A DNA stretch of 64,000 nucleotides, from NCBI RefSeq assembly GCF_947568905.1, contig NC_079168.1:30690001-30754000 (forward strand), given 5' to 3'. Positions 11,001-24,410 of this stretch are shown in pieces. Each line of letters begins with the position of its first letter. The stretch's first letter is position 1. The DNA comes from Ostrea edulis (taxonomy: Eukaryota). The translations under genes were made by a program, and so were the position numbers. Under the pieces are notes generated by a model. The model was not told where the DNA came from. It ran no database searches and saw only the letters and a program-made list of their open reading frames with translations.

Positions 11001-13825
11001 TTGATTTTTAAAATACTTGCAAGAAATATGTGTACAAATGATTTCCTTATTTTCAAAACTGTTTCAGAGAATCTACCAAATTTTCACTAGAATGAAGTTA
11101 TGATTCGAACGTCAACATGGAATAAAAATTCTGCATGGCTCCTTCTATGTCTTATAAGTTTGAAACTCTTGTAGGTTTGCCATCACATTAGGAAGTATTG
11201 GTGATTATGAGTCTACTCAGGAGAAGATCAAGAACGGTTACGTATTCAAGGTAATATTGAAATATTAAGTTCCAGCTGGCAGTAGTTAATGTCATTTGAA
11301 TGATGTTGACTAGCCACATGTACTGTTGATAGTGATTGTTAGGGGGTAACAGGTAAAATGTCATAAATCCAGATTTTCTTTCCTTGACCGGAAAATGTCA
11401 TAAATCCAGATTTTCTTTCTTTGACAGGAACACATTGAACGTGCAATACAGCTCAATCCATCGGATCCGTCCAATCATCACTTGCTGGGCAGGTGGTGTT
11501 ACGGGGTAAGAGTCGCAACGCACGTGTGGAAAATCACGCAAGGCGTCAATTACATTCAATACATGAGAAAGAACATGCGTGAATAGTTCTTTCAAGGTAC
11601 TGAAGATTCCTAAATACACATGAGGACTTTATCATCATGTAAATTAAATGTAGTGAGAAACATCACTCACAAAATAAAATTACATGCTTTTATTTTTTTT
11701 TACATTTCCGAATTACATATTAAAACTCTTCATCAGCATACCACTTGTGAGTGTATATATTCGCGATTTGATGTGTACGAGTCATTTTGTGCTACTTATG
11801 AAAAATAAGGAGTCTACAAATGCAACTTTCTACCATCAACTTTTTTTATGGAAACTTCAGCGGGGAATGTTCTCTCTGACTGAATAGTCAATCATGTATG
11901 TATTAGTAATGATACCAGGATTTTTATGGGTAATGAATATGATTTTGTGCTAACATGTAATGTGTGTGCTGTTTTGGATTTTGTGCTAACATGTAGCATG
12001 TGCTGTTTTGGATTTAAAAACACATAGTTACAGTTTGCTGACTGTACGTCTAAAGAGTACTTTTGATCATGGATATTAGAAAGATAAGATAGATTAATTC
12101 TTCTTTGCTTTTCAGGTTTACATGCTTTCCTGGATAGAAAGGAAGGCAGCAGCCACACTTTTTGCTGCACCCCCAACGTCAACAGCAGAGGAAGCACTCT
12201 CTCACTTCCTGGAGGTAAAGTTGTAGACTGTGGATTCTGAATCACATGTTATATGAGTTACCTCCCTTGTCACATTAAAGTTGTAGACTGGATTCCTGCA
12301 CAAATCACGTGTTTTATGAGTTACCTCCCTTGTCACATTACTATGTTTCTTTGCAGGCTGATGGTTTGAACCCTGGCAAATGGAAAGAAAATTTACTGTA
12401 TATTGGAAAGGTTTTGTATATTTTTTATTACAATATTTAAAAGTAGTTCTTATCAATGTCGTTCATTGCACCATCATTCTATGTGTTAAGTATTGATTTT
12501 TCATGACTGTAAGATCTCGAGTCAGTTTTTTATATGCCCGTCTTTAGACGGGACGTATTATGGTACAGCGATGTCTGTATGTCCGTCTGTCCGTACGGGG
12601 TTTTCTCTTTATAATATCATTTCCCTTTCACATATCATGCTGAAACTTGCCATGTAGCTTCTTTGTGGGTCATTCTAGATCATACTGCAATTTTGATCCA
12701 TTTCGACCTTTTTTCCAGGAGTTTTGCCCCTTTATTTGAAAATAATTATTATATGGAGGGTACATAATTTGTCCACCCTACTCCTCCCACAGTTTTCTAG
12801 TGAGAGCCTTCTTATTTTGTGGAGTGTTTGTATGGGTATTGAAGATGTGTATGTGGGATGGATTTTGATTTTCTACAATTTTTGAGAAAATTACAGGTTG
12901 TTGAACTTAGTCTATTTGGAAATTAATATTCTATGGAGGGTACCGGTACATAATTTGTCTGCCCAACTCCTCCCACAGTTTTCAAGTGAGGACCATCTTA
13001 TTTTGTGGAGTGTTTGTATGGGTATTGAAGATGTGCATCTGGGGAAGGATTTTGATTTTCTTCCATTTTTGAAAAAAATTACAGGTTGTTAAACTTGGTC
13101 CATTTTGAGGAAATCTAGATTTTTAAGTTAAGACCCTTTGTTCATATGAAAGTTTGTCACAGCCTCATGATGGCTGATAATACCTGAAGCAAAGTTATAC
13201 AAATTATAGCACAAGAAAAACACCCTATGTAAGCCTTTCACGGGGGTATTATGTACCGTTTGCAGTACTCTTGTTGAAAAGTAGTTCACACATACATGTA
13301 GATTGATTTTGAATTTCAGAAAAACTTTATTTAAATGTTTATGGAATATTTCAGTGCTATTACCAGATGTCAAAATACAAAGAAATGACGGACTGGTTAG
13401 ACAAAGCGATGTCAGTTCCTGTCATTAGTCAAGATGTGAGTAAGAATTCTTAGACAAAAAGATAAAAAAAACACAAGTGTTGTGAATTACTATTCTGGAA
13501 AAGCGTATAAACAGTTTGCTAACATATCATATAATTAAATGAAGATGGTCACATTTTATAGAATGTGTCTTTTTAACCAAATCCTGTCAATTTATTTGGT
13601 TCTATTTTGTTTTATTTTGTAAATGTAAATGTAAAATTCTACTCAAGTAATTCTGTCATTATCAGACTGAAAATGTTCCGCCCACACTGGATTTCAATAA
13701 ACTAGGTGTCATCTGTAAGATTTAGCCTTAAAACACTTTTTCTTCATTGTTCACCTTTTCTATTTTTCTAGGACAAAAAAGCTGAAGAAGAAATCCAATC
13801 ATTAATGAAGTACCAAGTTAGATAA
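8062..13825 (+). CDS. RMDN3: Regulator of microtubule dynamics protein 2/3-like (FAM82/PTPIP51 family); exons 8062..8339, 9743..9941, 10163..10335, 11175..11250, 11428..11505, 12116..12214, 12357..12410, 13355..13435, 13772..13825
   Basis: N-terminal hydrophobic anchor (LLFGGLGAGIIIGVGGSVIYF), then a coiled coil and an acidic tract. Downstream are RMDN TPR-type motifs: [77 protein letters not shown]. All nine exons join in frame with GT-AG. RMDN2 versus RMDN3 orthology is not resolvable; this is likely a single pro-ortholog. Confidence 0.92.
8955..9375 (-). mobile_element. tRNA-headed Deu/Nin-domain SINE with internal 73-bp tandem amplification (4 copies)
   Basis: On minus, a degenerate tRNA-like head (GGTAACGCTGTGGTTATA...CGAGTTATATCC) precedes repeats at 9021, 9094, 9167 and 9247. 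These end in GTGGGTTTCCTCCGGGTACTCTGGTATCCTCCCACA, the Deu-domain signature. Confidence 0.7.
12526..13110 (+). mobile_element. HINE-type element, 3'-truncated (RMDN intron 7)
   Basis: Starts TTTTTATATGCCCGTCTTTAGACGGGACGTATTATG plus a GTCC microsatellite, followed by two diverged ~170-bp internal units. Same family as 59688..61732. Confidence 0.7.
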
Positions 13826-15852
13826 AGATTTTTTTCTTTTTGTAAACTCGTACACCAGGTAGACAAGGGGACCACTCACTGTTGTGAATTTCTTTGTGTT
13901 GTGTTTTATTGTGATAGATCAGATTCTTTTTGTTTCTTTTTTGGACTAATTTTGGAATTTTTAGATTTTTGAAAACTTTTTTCATACACAAACCTAAATG
14001 ACAATCAAAAATGCCAATGTAATTTCAAAGGCTTGGTTTTACAAGTGTTTTTGAAATTGTTTTCCACACACCGTGAAATTACACAGGCAACATGCATTGC
14101 AATCCCACTACATAACAAGGTTCTAATTTTGGGGGAGAGAATCTAGTAAGTCCATCAGCAATTAGACATAGTATACAACAAAGTAAATATAAAGTAGAAT
14201 ATACAAACCCAAAAATAGTATCCAGAACGCATACAAATCATGTGTTGCCTAGAGTTTTCACAACCAACAGACTGTCCTTGTTTATGCACAGTATATGCAG
14301 ACTGTAAAATTGCATATTTATATTTTCTTTCTCTTCAGTACAAGACTATTCAGTTCACAGAGAATATTATTATTATATATATTATTAATATTACCACTGT
14401 TTAGCATTCACATCTTACAGGAACATGATATTTATTGGAGTGATTTGTTTTCTTGTTTTGACTGAGTTTTCAGATCAGGGTACATAACAGTTACTGTGTT
14501 TCTAATCAATGTTAATATACTTGCTGTAAAATCACTTGATTTTCATGGGGGAAAATTTTTGTGGTTTGGGGAAAAATAAGCATGTTCGTGGTAAATTGAT
14601 TTGGTTTTCAGTATTAATCTTTATCGTAGTTCAGCATTTCTTTCATAAGGAGGCTTTGATTTCATGTGAATGGTTATACCATGAAAACAACAAAAATAAT
14701 AACCCCATGAAAATTGAAGAATATACAGTATTTGATTTAATCAATGTATCTAAAATTTCCTTGCAGGTTTTGTATTTCCTTGTGCCATGGTTATAAAATC
14801 TAATCTGTTTCATTGAAACTAAGCATAATAATATTAAGTGCTATTTGTTTAAATATGACTAGAGATATCTTTGCTAGCTAAGGGTTTTTCGTCTACTCAG
14901 CTCAACGGAAGACCATTGGCAAGAAAAGATGGACTAGAGATATCTTGGGGACAACTGATTTCATGTGTGGGAGTTCATTCGTAATCAAAATGAATGCAGC
15001 GCTGCCATTACAGTTCATGCATTCCCTTCATTTGTAGCTCATATATCATAAGTCAGCCTTCTGATCAATGTCTGCCATTTTTTTTCTGTCTGTTAACTTT
15101 CCATATTTTTTTTTTTTTTGACTTCTTCTCAAGAACCACTTGGTCAGTTTTCACCATACTTTGCACAACAAAACATCTTTGGATGAAGGGGATTAAAGTC
15201 TGTTTAAATGAAGAATAACATTTCCTTCCTAATCCAACACTTACAAGAACAAAAGTCACGACATAAATACTGATGATTGAAGTTTTTATTAGTCATAGCA
15301 CCCTGGGATGGAGCCTCTATAGAGAAATTCAGATTTGATCAGACAATGACTCCCATGGCTAAGATGGGGTTACAATAGGGGTTTTAAACAGGAAGGTTGG
15401 GGAATATTTTTAAACTCTTCTTCTTAGGAACAAAAAGGGTACGATTTGTCAACTTTAAAATTTGCAAACATTCTCAAATGGTGTAGATTTAAGTTTGTTT
15501 ACCATAGTTACCATCTCATTCCCATTGTGTGTGTCACATTTTGTCAGTTTCTGATTATATTATTCCTGTACAAGTGTCCATTGTGCATGTAAGAAAAACT
15601 CCCCAGAATGGAAGTGTACTAACACAATGTACGCATCATAGTGAGATATTGTATTGCATGTGCGGATAAAAAATATCTCACTATGATGCGTACATTGTGT
15701 TAGTACATTACAATTACATATAGTTTCTATGCGCTGTAAAGAAAAGTTATTATGATTTGAATATGCTACGGTGTGTATTGAATGTGCAGATTAAAAATAT
15801 CTCACTATGATGCGTACATTGTGTTTGTGTGTGACATTATAATTCAGGTTCA

Positions 15853-17072
15853 TTATACCGCCCGCAACAAGTTGTGGGGGGTGGGGGGGGGGGGGTATAC
15901 TGGAATCGGGTTGTCCGTCTGTCCGTCCGTCCGTCTGTAGACGCAATGGTTTCCGGACTCTAAAGCATTATCCTTTCCACCTACCGTCACCATATCATAT
16001 ATATGGACTACCCATGGGATGAAGATGTTCCCTATCGATTTTGGGGTCCAAAGGTCAAGCGCACTGGACATCAAAGTAGCAATATGGTTTCCGGGCTCTA
16101 AAGCGTTATCCTTTCCACCTACAGTCACCATATCATACATATGGACTACCCATGGGATGAAGATGTTCCCTATCAATTTTGGAGTCAAAAGGTCAAAGGT
16201 CAAGCGCACTGGACATCGAAGTAGCAATATGGTTTCCGGGCTCTAAAGCGTTATACTTTCCACCTACAGTCACCATATCATACATATGGACTACCCATGG
16301 GATGAAGATGTTCTCTATTGATTTTGGGGTCAAAAGGTCAAGTGCACTGGACATCGAAGTAGCAATATGGTTTCCGGGCTCTAAAGCGTTATCCTTTCCA
16401 CCTAAAGTCACCATATCATACATATGGACTACCCATGGGATGAAGATGTTCCCTATTGATTTTGGGGTCAAAAGGTCAAAGGTCACGTGCACTGGACATC
16501 AAAGTAGCAATATGGTTTCTAGGCTCTAAAGCGTTATCCTTTCCACCTACAGTCACCATATCATACATATGGACTACCCATGGGATGAAGATGTTCCCTA
16601 TTAATTTTGGGGTCAAAGGTCATGCACACTGGACATCGAAGTAGCAATATGGTTTCTAGGCTCTAAAGCGTTATCCTTTCCACCTACAATCACCATATCA
16701 TACATATGGACTACCCAAGGGATGAATATATTCCCTATCGATTTTGGGGTCAAAAGGTCAAAGGTCACGCGCACTGGACATCAAAGTAGCAATATGGTTT
16801 CCGGGCTCTAAAGCGTTATCCTTTCCACCTACAGTCACCATATCATACATATGGACTACCCATGGGATGAAAATGTTCCCTATCGATTTTGGGGTCAAAA
16901 GGTCAAAGGTCAAGTGCACTGGACATCGAAGTAGCAATATGGTTAGGTTTGTCATGCCATTTGTTTTTTACACTCAGAAAAGAGGTAGTTTATACCTATT
17001 ACCAACACCCTTTGGGAGATTGGGGTAAGCGGGGGGTATTCTTAGTGAGCATTGCTCACAGTACCTCTTGTT
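15853..17072 (+). mobile_element. Helentron-type non-autonomous element (HINE) carrying about 7 units of a 137-145-bp satellite
   Basis: 5' TTATACCGCCCGC subterminal repeat and (GTCC/GTCT)n microsatellite. Tandem units start at 16081, 16226, 16364, 16509, 16646, 16791 and 16936. The 3' end has GCGGGGGGTAT, a hairpin GTGAGCATTGCTCAC and CTTGTT. Confidence 0.85.
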
Positions 17073-17722
17073 TCCCTTACTTATAATGTTCCCCTATGTA
17101 AATATTAGTTTGGCTTGACACTTGCACCTTGTATGTGTTCAAGTAGAAAAAGACAACCATACAAAGTTCATTCTGTCAATTTTAATCAAATTGTGAGTAA
17201 TTAACATATACGTGATGTCACACATGTAATTAAATGTATAATTGGTACATTGTTATCAAGTTTTTGTATCTTCATCTTGTGAGAAAACACTTTTTTCTAC
17301 TCTTACCTGATATCTATAGGGCTGAAATACCTACACTGTGATCAGTGGCCCCAGGGTAGGGTAGCAATAGATGATTCACAGTGACAAATACAACTGCTCA
17401 GGTGAACAATGTAGACCACTGGCCTCTTGGATATACATTTATGATGCATTGATAAAACATTTTGTATACCATAATTTGTATGATGTTTTATACACAGTAA
17501 TTCTCAAAGAATAGTACTGTTGCATGATAATTATTGTGATCATGAATTCATAAAGTCAATGCGTTATTGACATATTGCATCATTTGTTTTGTTAAACATT
17601 TACAGTGAGCTCTGTGATTTTTAGAGTAATTAAAAACAAAAAGTATTCTGTGAATATGGTGTTTACTCTTGGTATTTTTTATACTAAATGTGAAAAATCC
17701 CAGTCGTTAGGTTACAAAACTT

Positions 17723-18890
17723 CTGGATATACCAGAGGTGGGATCAGGTGCTAAGGAGAAGTAAGCATCCCCTGTCGACCGGTCACACCCGCCGTGAGCC
17801 CTATGTCCTGATCAGATTTACACAGAGTTGTCCGCAGTCAAAATCAGTGTGCCAAGAATGGCCAAACAATCGGTATGAAACACGTCAGACAACATTTGAC
17901 TCGATGATAGGTTGTATTGGCAAACTAGATCGTTATAACAACCATAGAATTTGCGAAATGCTGACTTTAAACGAGACTGTTGAAACCCCTGCACCATCAA
18001 CTTGTTTGTCAGTAGCCTGCTTCGATTTAAAAACTGACCATACGCAGAACGAGCTCTTGCGTATCGAATCAGTTGAGAGATATAAACACCATATGCAGGT
18101 GATAATGTAATATTGCTACATAAATACGGAAAGTTGATGACGGAGAAGCTGAAATCATTCCGTTTGCCACATGGTTGAGTTGTTAGTTTTCCGTTAATAT
18201 CTACTTTCAATGAAATATCTAAGTATGAAGCAGAAGTGGACGACTCCGTGGTGTCTTTTATTTTGAGTTCACTGGGATATATCGAATCGACATCTGAATG
18301 AAAATTATTATTGTTAATAGATGATACGTCGTCCATATATCTAAATGTCGAATTGAAGGCCACAGCAAGAGATATTTTCTTCTCGCGTAGATTTTTTAAA
18401 ATAAATTCTGCATCATAGGAATATAAAAACAGGTCAGTTAACAAAGGAGAACAATCCGTGCCCATGGGAATTCCAACAGACTGTCGGAAGACCTGGTCAC
18501 CAAAGACTGCGAAGATATTATCAAAGAGGAACTCCAGCATATTTTTTATTTCAACTTCAGAGTACTTGTGCATGGAATCAGAGTGGTATATAACAAAGTA
18601 ATTTTTTGGATGACTGATCACTAGATACAAATATTTCCGTTTTCCACCTCTGCTGAATAAGCAACCGCCTATGATATCAAAAAGCCTAGTCTTCAATTTA
18701 TCATGAGGAATGGTCGTGCAAAGTGTCGAAAAGTCATAGGTTTTGATGTTGATTTGAAAAAAGTTTTGCGATTTCAAGTTCACTAAAAGTTCTGTAGAAT
18801 GTTTTAGAATCCACATTTGATTCACACCACTTCTGGCATATATGTAGTCGCACAATACGTCTGAAGTTTCTCCTTCACAGCTGACAACAT
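17723..18890 (-). mobile_element. Penelope-like retroelement RT fragment (probably Naiad/Chlamys type), 5'-truncated
   Basis: Motifs GVNQMWILK, KTYDFSTLCTTIPH, GIPMGTDCSPLL.DLFL, FRYMDDVSSINN, SASYLD and AYGVYISQLIRYAR. No GIY-YIG follows the RT, which fits the N-terminal-endonuclease PLE clade. The clade call is from motif recall only. Confidence 0.8.
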
Positions 18891-18929
18891 CCCCACGAGG
18901 AGCAGAGACAGGGGCTTGGTAGAGCACTT

Positions 18930-19725
18930 ACAGGAAATCCCAGCCAATAGTAAGTGTGATAAATCCAAGCCAATAGTAAAAGTGAGAAATCCCACCCCAC
19001 AGTAAATAATGTGAGAAATCCCAGCCCATAATAAATGTGAGAAATACTAGCCCATAGTAAATGTGAGAAATCCCACCCCACAGTGTGAGAAATCCCAGCC
19101 CATAGTAAATGTGAGAAATCCCAGCCCACAGTAATTTTGAGAAATACTAGCCCATAGTAAGTGAGAAATCTCAGCCCATAGTAAATGTGAGAAATCCCAG
19201 CCCATAGTAATTGTTAGAAATACTAGCCCGAGAAATTCCAGCCCATAGTAATTGTGATAAATCCCAGCCCATAGTAATTGTGAGAAATCTCATTCGACAG
19301 TGAATGTGAGAAACATAAAATCCTTACAGTTGGGAAATTCCAGCTAAAGGAAAAGTGAGAAATTACAGTCAACAGTAAATGTGTGAAATCTCTGCCTACG
19401 GTAAATGTGAGAAATTACAGTGAAAATCCCTGCCTGTGGTAAATGTGAGAATTTACAGTAAAACTCCCTGCCTACGATAAATGTGAGAATTTATAGTGAA
19501 AATCCCTGCCTGCGGTAAATGTGAGAAATTGCAGTGAAAATCCATGCCTGTGGTAATTGTGAGAAATTACAGTGAAAATCCCTGCCTACGGTAAATGTGA
19601 GAAATTACAATAAAAATCCCTGCTTACGGTAAATGTGAGAAATTACATTAAAAACCCCTGTCTGTGGTAAATGTAAGAAATTACTGTGAAAATCCCTGCC
19701 TACGGTAATTGTGAGAAATCGGTAA
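18930..19725. repeat. Compound minisatellite (about 22-bp GTGAGAAATCCCAGCCCATAGTAAAT units grading into about 39-bp units)
   Basis: Direct visual periodicity. Confidence 0.9.
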
Positions 19726-19782
19726 ATATGTTAAAACAGTGCACAGTAAATGGGTGTGGGGTGATCATAATCGCTATACATT

Positions 19783-20005
19783 GACCGTTCTTGGCACACT
19801 GCTTTTGACTACGGATTACTCCGTTTACCCGATCAAGATATAGGGCTCACGGCGAATGTGACCGGTCGACGGGGAATGCTTACTCCTCCCATGCACCTGA
19901 TACCACGTCTTGTATATCCAGGGGTCCGTATTTGCCCAACTATTTATTTTGTATTGCTTACAGGAGTTATGAGATTGAGCACTGTTTGTTATCTTCATCT
20001 TTCAT
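19783..20005 (+). mobile_element. 3' terminal segment of the same Penelope-like family, opposite orientation
   Basis: About 80% identical by eye to the reverse complement of 17728..17860 (TTCTTGGCACACTG...GGGCTCACGGCG..TGTGACCGGTCGAC...GCACCTGAT), and extends about 90 nt further. Confidence 0.8.
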
Positions 20006-20435
20006 TGACAAATTCACTTTGAACTAGTGCGTATTCTGATCTAGAAAATTATTTTCATCCTTGATTTGTGCTTAGCACTTTCTTACCGTTAGGTTGTTGT
20101 CTGGTTTGAAATGGAATAAAAAATGCACGTTGGGCACATCCCAGTAAATCTATAATTAATTAGGAGTTAAGCATTGGTGTGTTGTTTCAGAATCAGTAAT
20201 ACAATATAGCCTAGGTATCTATTTAGGAAATATCTTAATTGAAACTGCTTGAGGGTATGAACTTCGACGCTTTACGCCAGCATATTATTCCATGAGGCGT
20301 TAGAGTGAAGCGTCGTATTTCATACCGAAATGTGATTTTCCAAAATGAAAATCATTCCTTATATTTATATTCTACTTTCATTTCTGTCGAAATTTCCAGC
20401 CGTTAAAATAGACTATATTTATCAAGATTCACACG

Positions 20436-21110
20436 TGTGGGGCGCCAAATTAACATAAACTCAAATTATTTGAAGATATTATCAATTTATTTGATGTGCG
20501 CAAAATATTAATGATATATTCAAATCTTTATTGCGCGCATTAATTGAATCGTTGATAGCATTAATTTATCTGCCGAATTGATGCGTGCTAGAACTGAATT
20601 GTTTTTCTCCTCAAAGAATGGATGATATCAACAACTGAATTGATGCGCGCTATAATTCAGTTGAAGAGAATAATAATTCAATTAATGCGCGCATCAATTC
20701 GATTAATGCGCGCATTGATCTTCAGTTGAATTATTGCGCGAAATAAATCAATTAATGCACGCAATAATAGAATTATTGCCCTTTTCAACTGAACTAATGG
20801 TATCAATTCAATTGATGTGCGCAATAATTCTGTTATAGAGAGCAATTATTCAATGATAGATATCTTCAATCACTGTATCCATAATTGAATTAATGATAAT
20901 TTAATTCCGTATATAAAAGCTTTGCAAATGATTAAATAGATCTTCAAATCATTTATACGGAGCTCTAAATTAATTTTTGAAAGCAGTTATTTCACCAGAT
21001 TAATACTTGATTCGATGTGTGCATCAATTGAATTGCGCGCAGTTATTGAATTAACGATATCTTCAAATACTTTATGATTATTTGCGGTTATGTTAATTTA
21101 GCGCTCCATA
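20436..21110. mobile_element. Diverged copy of the TATGGAGCGCC-TIR element
   Basis: Both TIRs recognisable; no TSD retained. Confidence 0.7.
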
Positions 21111-24025
21111 AATATACGAAAAGATTGTTTACAACTACCACCCTCAGAACTGAAATTAACAAGGATTACACATGTATGAATCGTGTACCTCGAATTCAAT
21201 CAACGATTTGGTCGGGGTGGGGTGGGGGTGGGCTTATGTCATGACTCCAGCCGTAGCCAGTGTTGAATAAACTCTGTTCATTTCTATACATGTACTAGGA
21301 TTTATAAGTTAGACAAATGGAATGAGTGTAAACAACATCCCTCCTGCCAGTCCTGGTTATTTATTTATAATGTTGTAAAGCATGCAATGAACTGTTTTCA
21401 TTGTTCAGGGTCTTACATGACATCGCAGTGCATCAGTTCTTGGAAGCTGTTTACACTTGTGGTTGCTCAAAGATCACATTTTTGACCACATTCTTCTGGA
21501 AGGCGCTCAATGCACGTGATGGTTGTTTCGTGAAATATTCTGTTTACACAAACACTAGTTTGTCGCCAGGTTCTTTCGTCTGTTTATGCCAAAGTTGTGA
21601 TGAAAACTCCACTTCGTAAGTGTCAAGCAGGCTGTATACCAGCCTTTGTTTAACACCTATAAATATTCCCATTGATAAAGTAGTCCTCGGTTTGTCCTGA
21701 AATGACGAATCGCTGATGGATCTATCATGTGTTGAAGGGTCGCTGTTTTTCTGGATCTTTAAAGTTTATCTACCCAACACAAACAAATAACAGATAGAAA
21801 TCGCCCGTTTCTGCATTTATTGAATATTTCAAACAATTTATTTAATAGAGCCAGCGCAATTTTAAACGCGGAGATATACAGAACACTACACCCGGGGTGA
21901 TAACAATGGGCGCTTCTTAAGTAATATATCGAACCCTTTGTCTAGTTCAGGTCTTCCCGTAAAGAGGTCTTTAAGTGTATTCATAGTCAAATTCTAAACT
22001 AACAATATTCAGTTTTATTCCAAAGTTACTTTTAATCTGATAATTTGCAAAAAAAATATTACAATACCCTTTTGGAAGTTGAATAGCTGTTGTCGATGAA
22101 ATCTAGCTAGTGTTATGATTAAGTAGGTATTCTCATGCCGTTTTTTCACTGCACATACAGATTTTAAATTGCAAGGAAGAAAAATGGAGGCCACGTAAGT
22201 TTGATTTTTACTCATGAAATTCATTTTATTTATCTTTTATCACATTACATTCAGGACTGTTTGCATAATGTATGTTTGGAAATGTGTTTATAAGACAACA
22301 TGCCTGTTGTTAGTACACGGATCTAGAAAACTTTGTATAGATGCAATTTTCCCCATCATCATTAAAGTAACCATTTTAAATCTCTCCCAAAGTATGATCA
22401 CGGGAGCCGTAAATTATTCTAAGAATTAATTTTAAAAATAAAGGAATGAAAACATAATTTTTCTATTTCCCATCGAAAACAAATCATGTCCCGCTACCGT
22501 ATTAAGATAAGGAGTTTAATGTGTATTTTGTAAGTTATTTACAAACGCAGAATTCAGAACTTAGAGGCTTATCAAATGTTTTTAACCTAAACAGGAACAA
22601 TCACATTAAGTGCATGTCTCTGTTAAGGTGCCAGAGAATTAGAGCCGGTATCGACCCCAGAAAATAGTATATCTTTAAAACGAAATTTACGATTGTATTT
22701 ATACAATTATCATTATTACATGTATTATTATTATTATTATCATTATTATTGTATGTATATACCTCTTTCAGCAACATGCTACTAGGCCTAATCCTAGGAC
22801 ATGATTTCATAAATGTTCGACCTAATTTTCGCGATTTAAAAAAAGGGATGCAAAGTATAATGTGCCTCTCTCTGCGTCAGTCCTGCAAATAAAGAGATGT
22901 TTTCGAATTCGTGAAAACAGTTCCATATTGTTACTATGTAGATGGGGGGGGGGGGGGGTAATGAATATTCATGTATATAATCACGCGTTACTAGGTTAGT
23001 TCCGCGGTTCGAAATGGCGCGATGGCGTGGTTTTGTTACCGAATAATTAGATTTAGAAAAATACCAATGTAATTTCAAATATTTCAATTGACTTCATTCG
23101 GTGTAATTTAGTTAATTTGTTCGGTTCAGTTTTGACCGTCTCGTTCAGAACAGGCGTTTTTTATTGCTTTCTGTAACACCTGCTTGCTTTTTTTCCCCCT
23201 CTCAACCTTTGTAGTTTAGTTTTTAATAGTGTTAGGTTATATTTGTTTTTATTTTATTCATTTAGTCTTCGTCTCTACGTAAATATTCTCTCGTCCTAAA
23301 GAAGGAACAGGTGTCCCGAAAATAATCTGACAATTCCATAATTATTGTTAATCATGTCGTCGGTCATTTTTAAGTGCTCTGTGCCCATGCGTGCGTGTGT
23401 GTGTGAAGGGGGTGTTTCTACTGGAATATATAAGTTACCTTGTATACATGTTGAATGCGCATTAATTTCATTGGAGATACATGTATTAATTAAAAGACAC
23501 GTCACAAGAATTTCAATCATAATTTCTGCTATTCAAATAAATTCTCTCACTGAAACCTTTTATTGAACAGAAACTCCTCCAAGAGCGGACCAAAAACTAT
23601 AGCCTTCCGATGATTATCATCCTAAACCTCTGTCGTTAGATAGGTCGTAAGTCTATCTTTAAATCTGACTTACGACGAGCCTAAAATACGTCATTACCGT
23701 TTCACAATTCTATATTTACATTGATTACATTATCGAAAATGGTTTCCCATAGCCTGTGGGTGTGTGTTTCTCAGACAATTCCAAAATCTATACGGTAGTG
23801 AAATTTAAATTTTCCACAGGTAGCCTACATTTACTGTGTTTATGCAAAGTTTAGTTAAAGACTAATTTCCATTGAGGGCGGACCATGTCGATAAATATCA
23901 CCGTTCTCCCAAGTTGTCTAGAGGCTTAACTCTTACATAAGTCGAGCCAGGACATAGGCCACGCAGATCGTCAGATTATTTTAAGATATGACAATGTTGT
24001 GAAACAGTCACATGACATTGATGAT

Positions 24026-24027
<2 letters not shown>

Positions 24028-24070
<43 letters not shown>
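24028..24070. repeat. (CT)n microsatellite
   Basis: Direct. Confidence 0.95.
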
Positions 24071-24072
<2 letters not shown>

Positions 24073-24214
24073 CGACCAAACCTACTAAATGAGGACGTCC
24101 TCACAATGTGTAGAAGAGAATACACACATATTATAAGTACTATGTTAGGTATAGCCTTAAGGATACCTATAAAAGTCTATCTAATACTCTCTTTCGAATT
24201 ATGACAAAAAAGGA

Positions 24215-24410
24215 TTTCTCACTGTACAACAGAAAACAACAGTTTCTCACTTTACAACAGAAAACAACAGTTTCTCATTCAACATAAAACAACAATTTCT
24301 CACTATACAATATAAAACAGCAGTTTCTCACTTTACAACAGAAAACAACAGGTTTTTTTCATTCAACATAAAAACGACACACTTTTTTATTAGACTGCAT
24401 AAAACGACAG
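24215..24410. repeat. Degenerate ~28-bp tandem repeat (CAGTTTCTCACTTTACAACAGAAAACAA)
   Basis: Visual periodicity. Confidence 0.7.

Noticed and set aside
11690-11745. CTGATGA...GAAA on minus as a hammerhead ribozyme
   Set aside because: Stem II geometry is off by extra bases, and no stem I/III partner with an NUH site could be found.
15853-17086. Overlapping ORFs on both strands
   Set aside because: Products of the 145-bp satellite inside a HINE.
21361-21720. Semi-open minus frame as a pseudogene exon
   Set aside because: Three internal stops in about 120 codons is near chance expectation and no motif was recognised.
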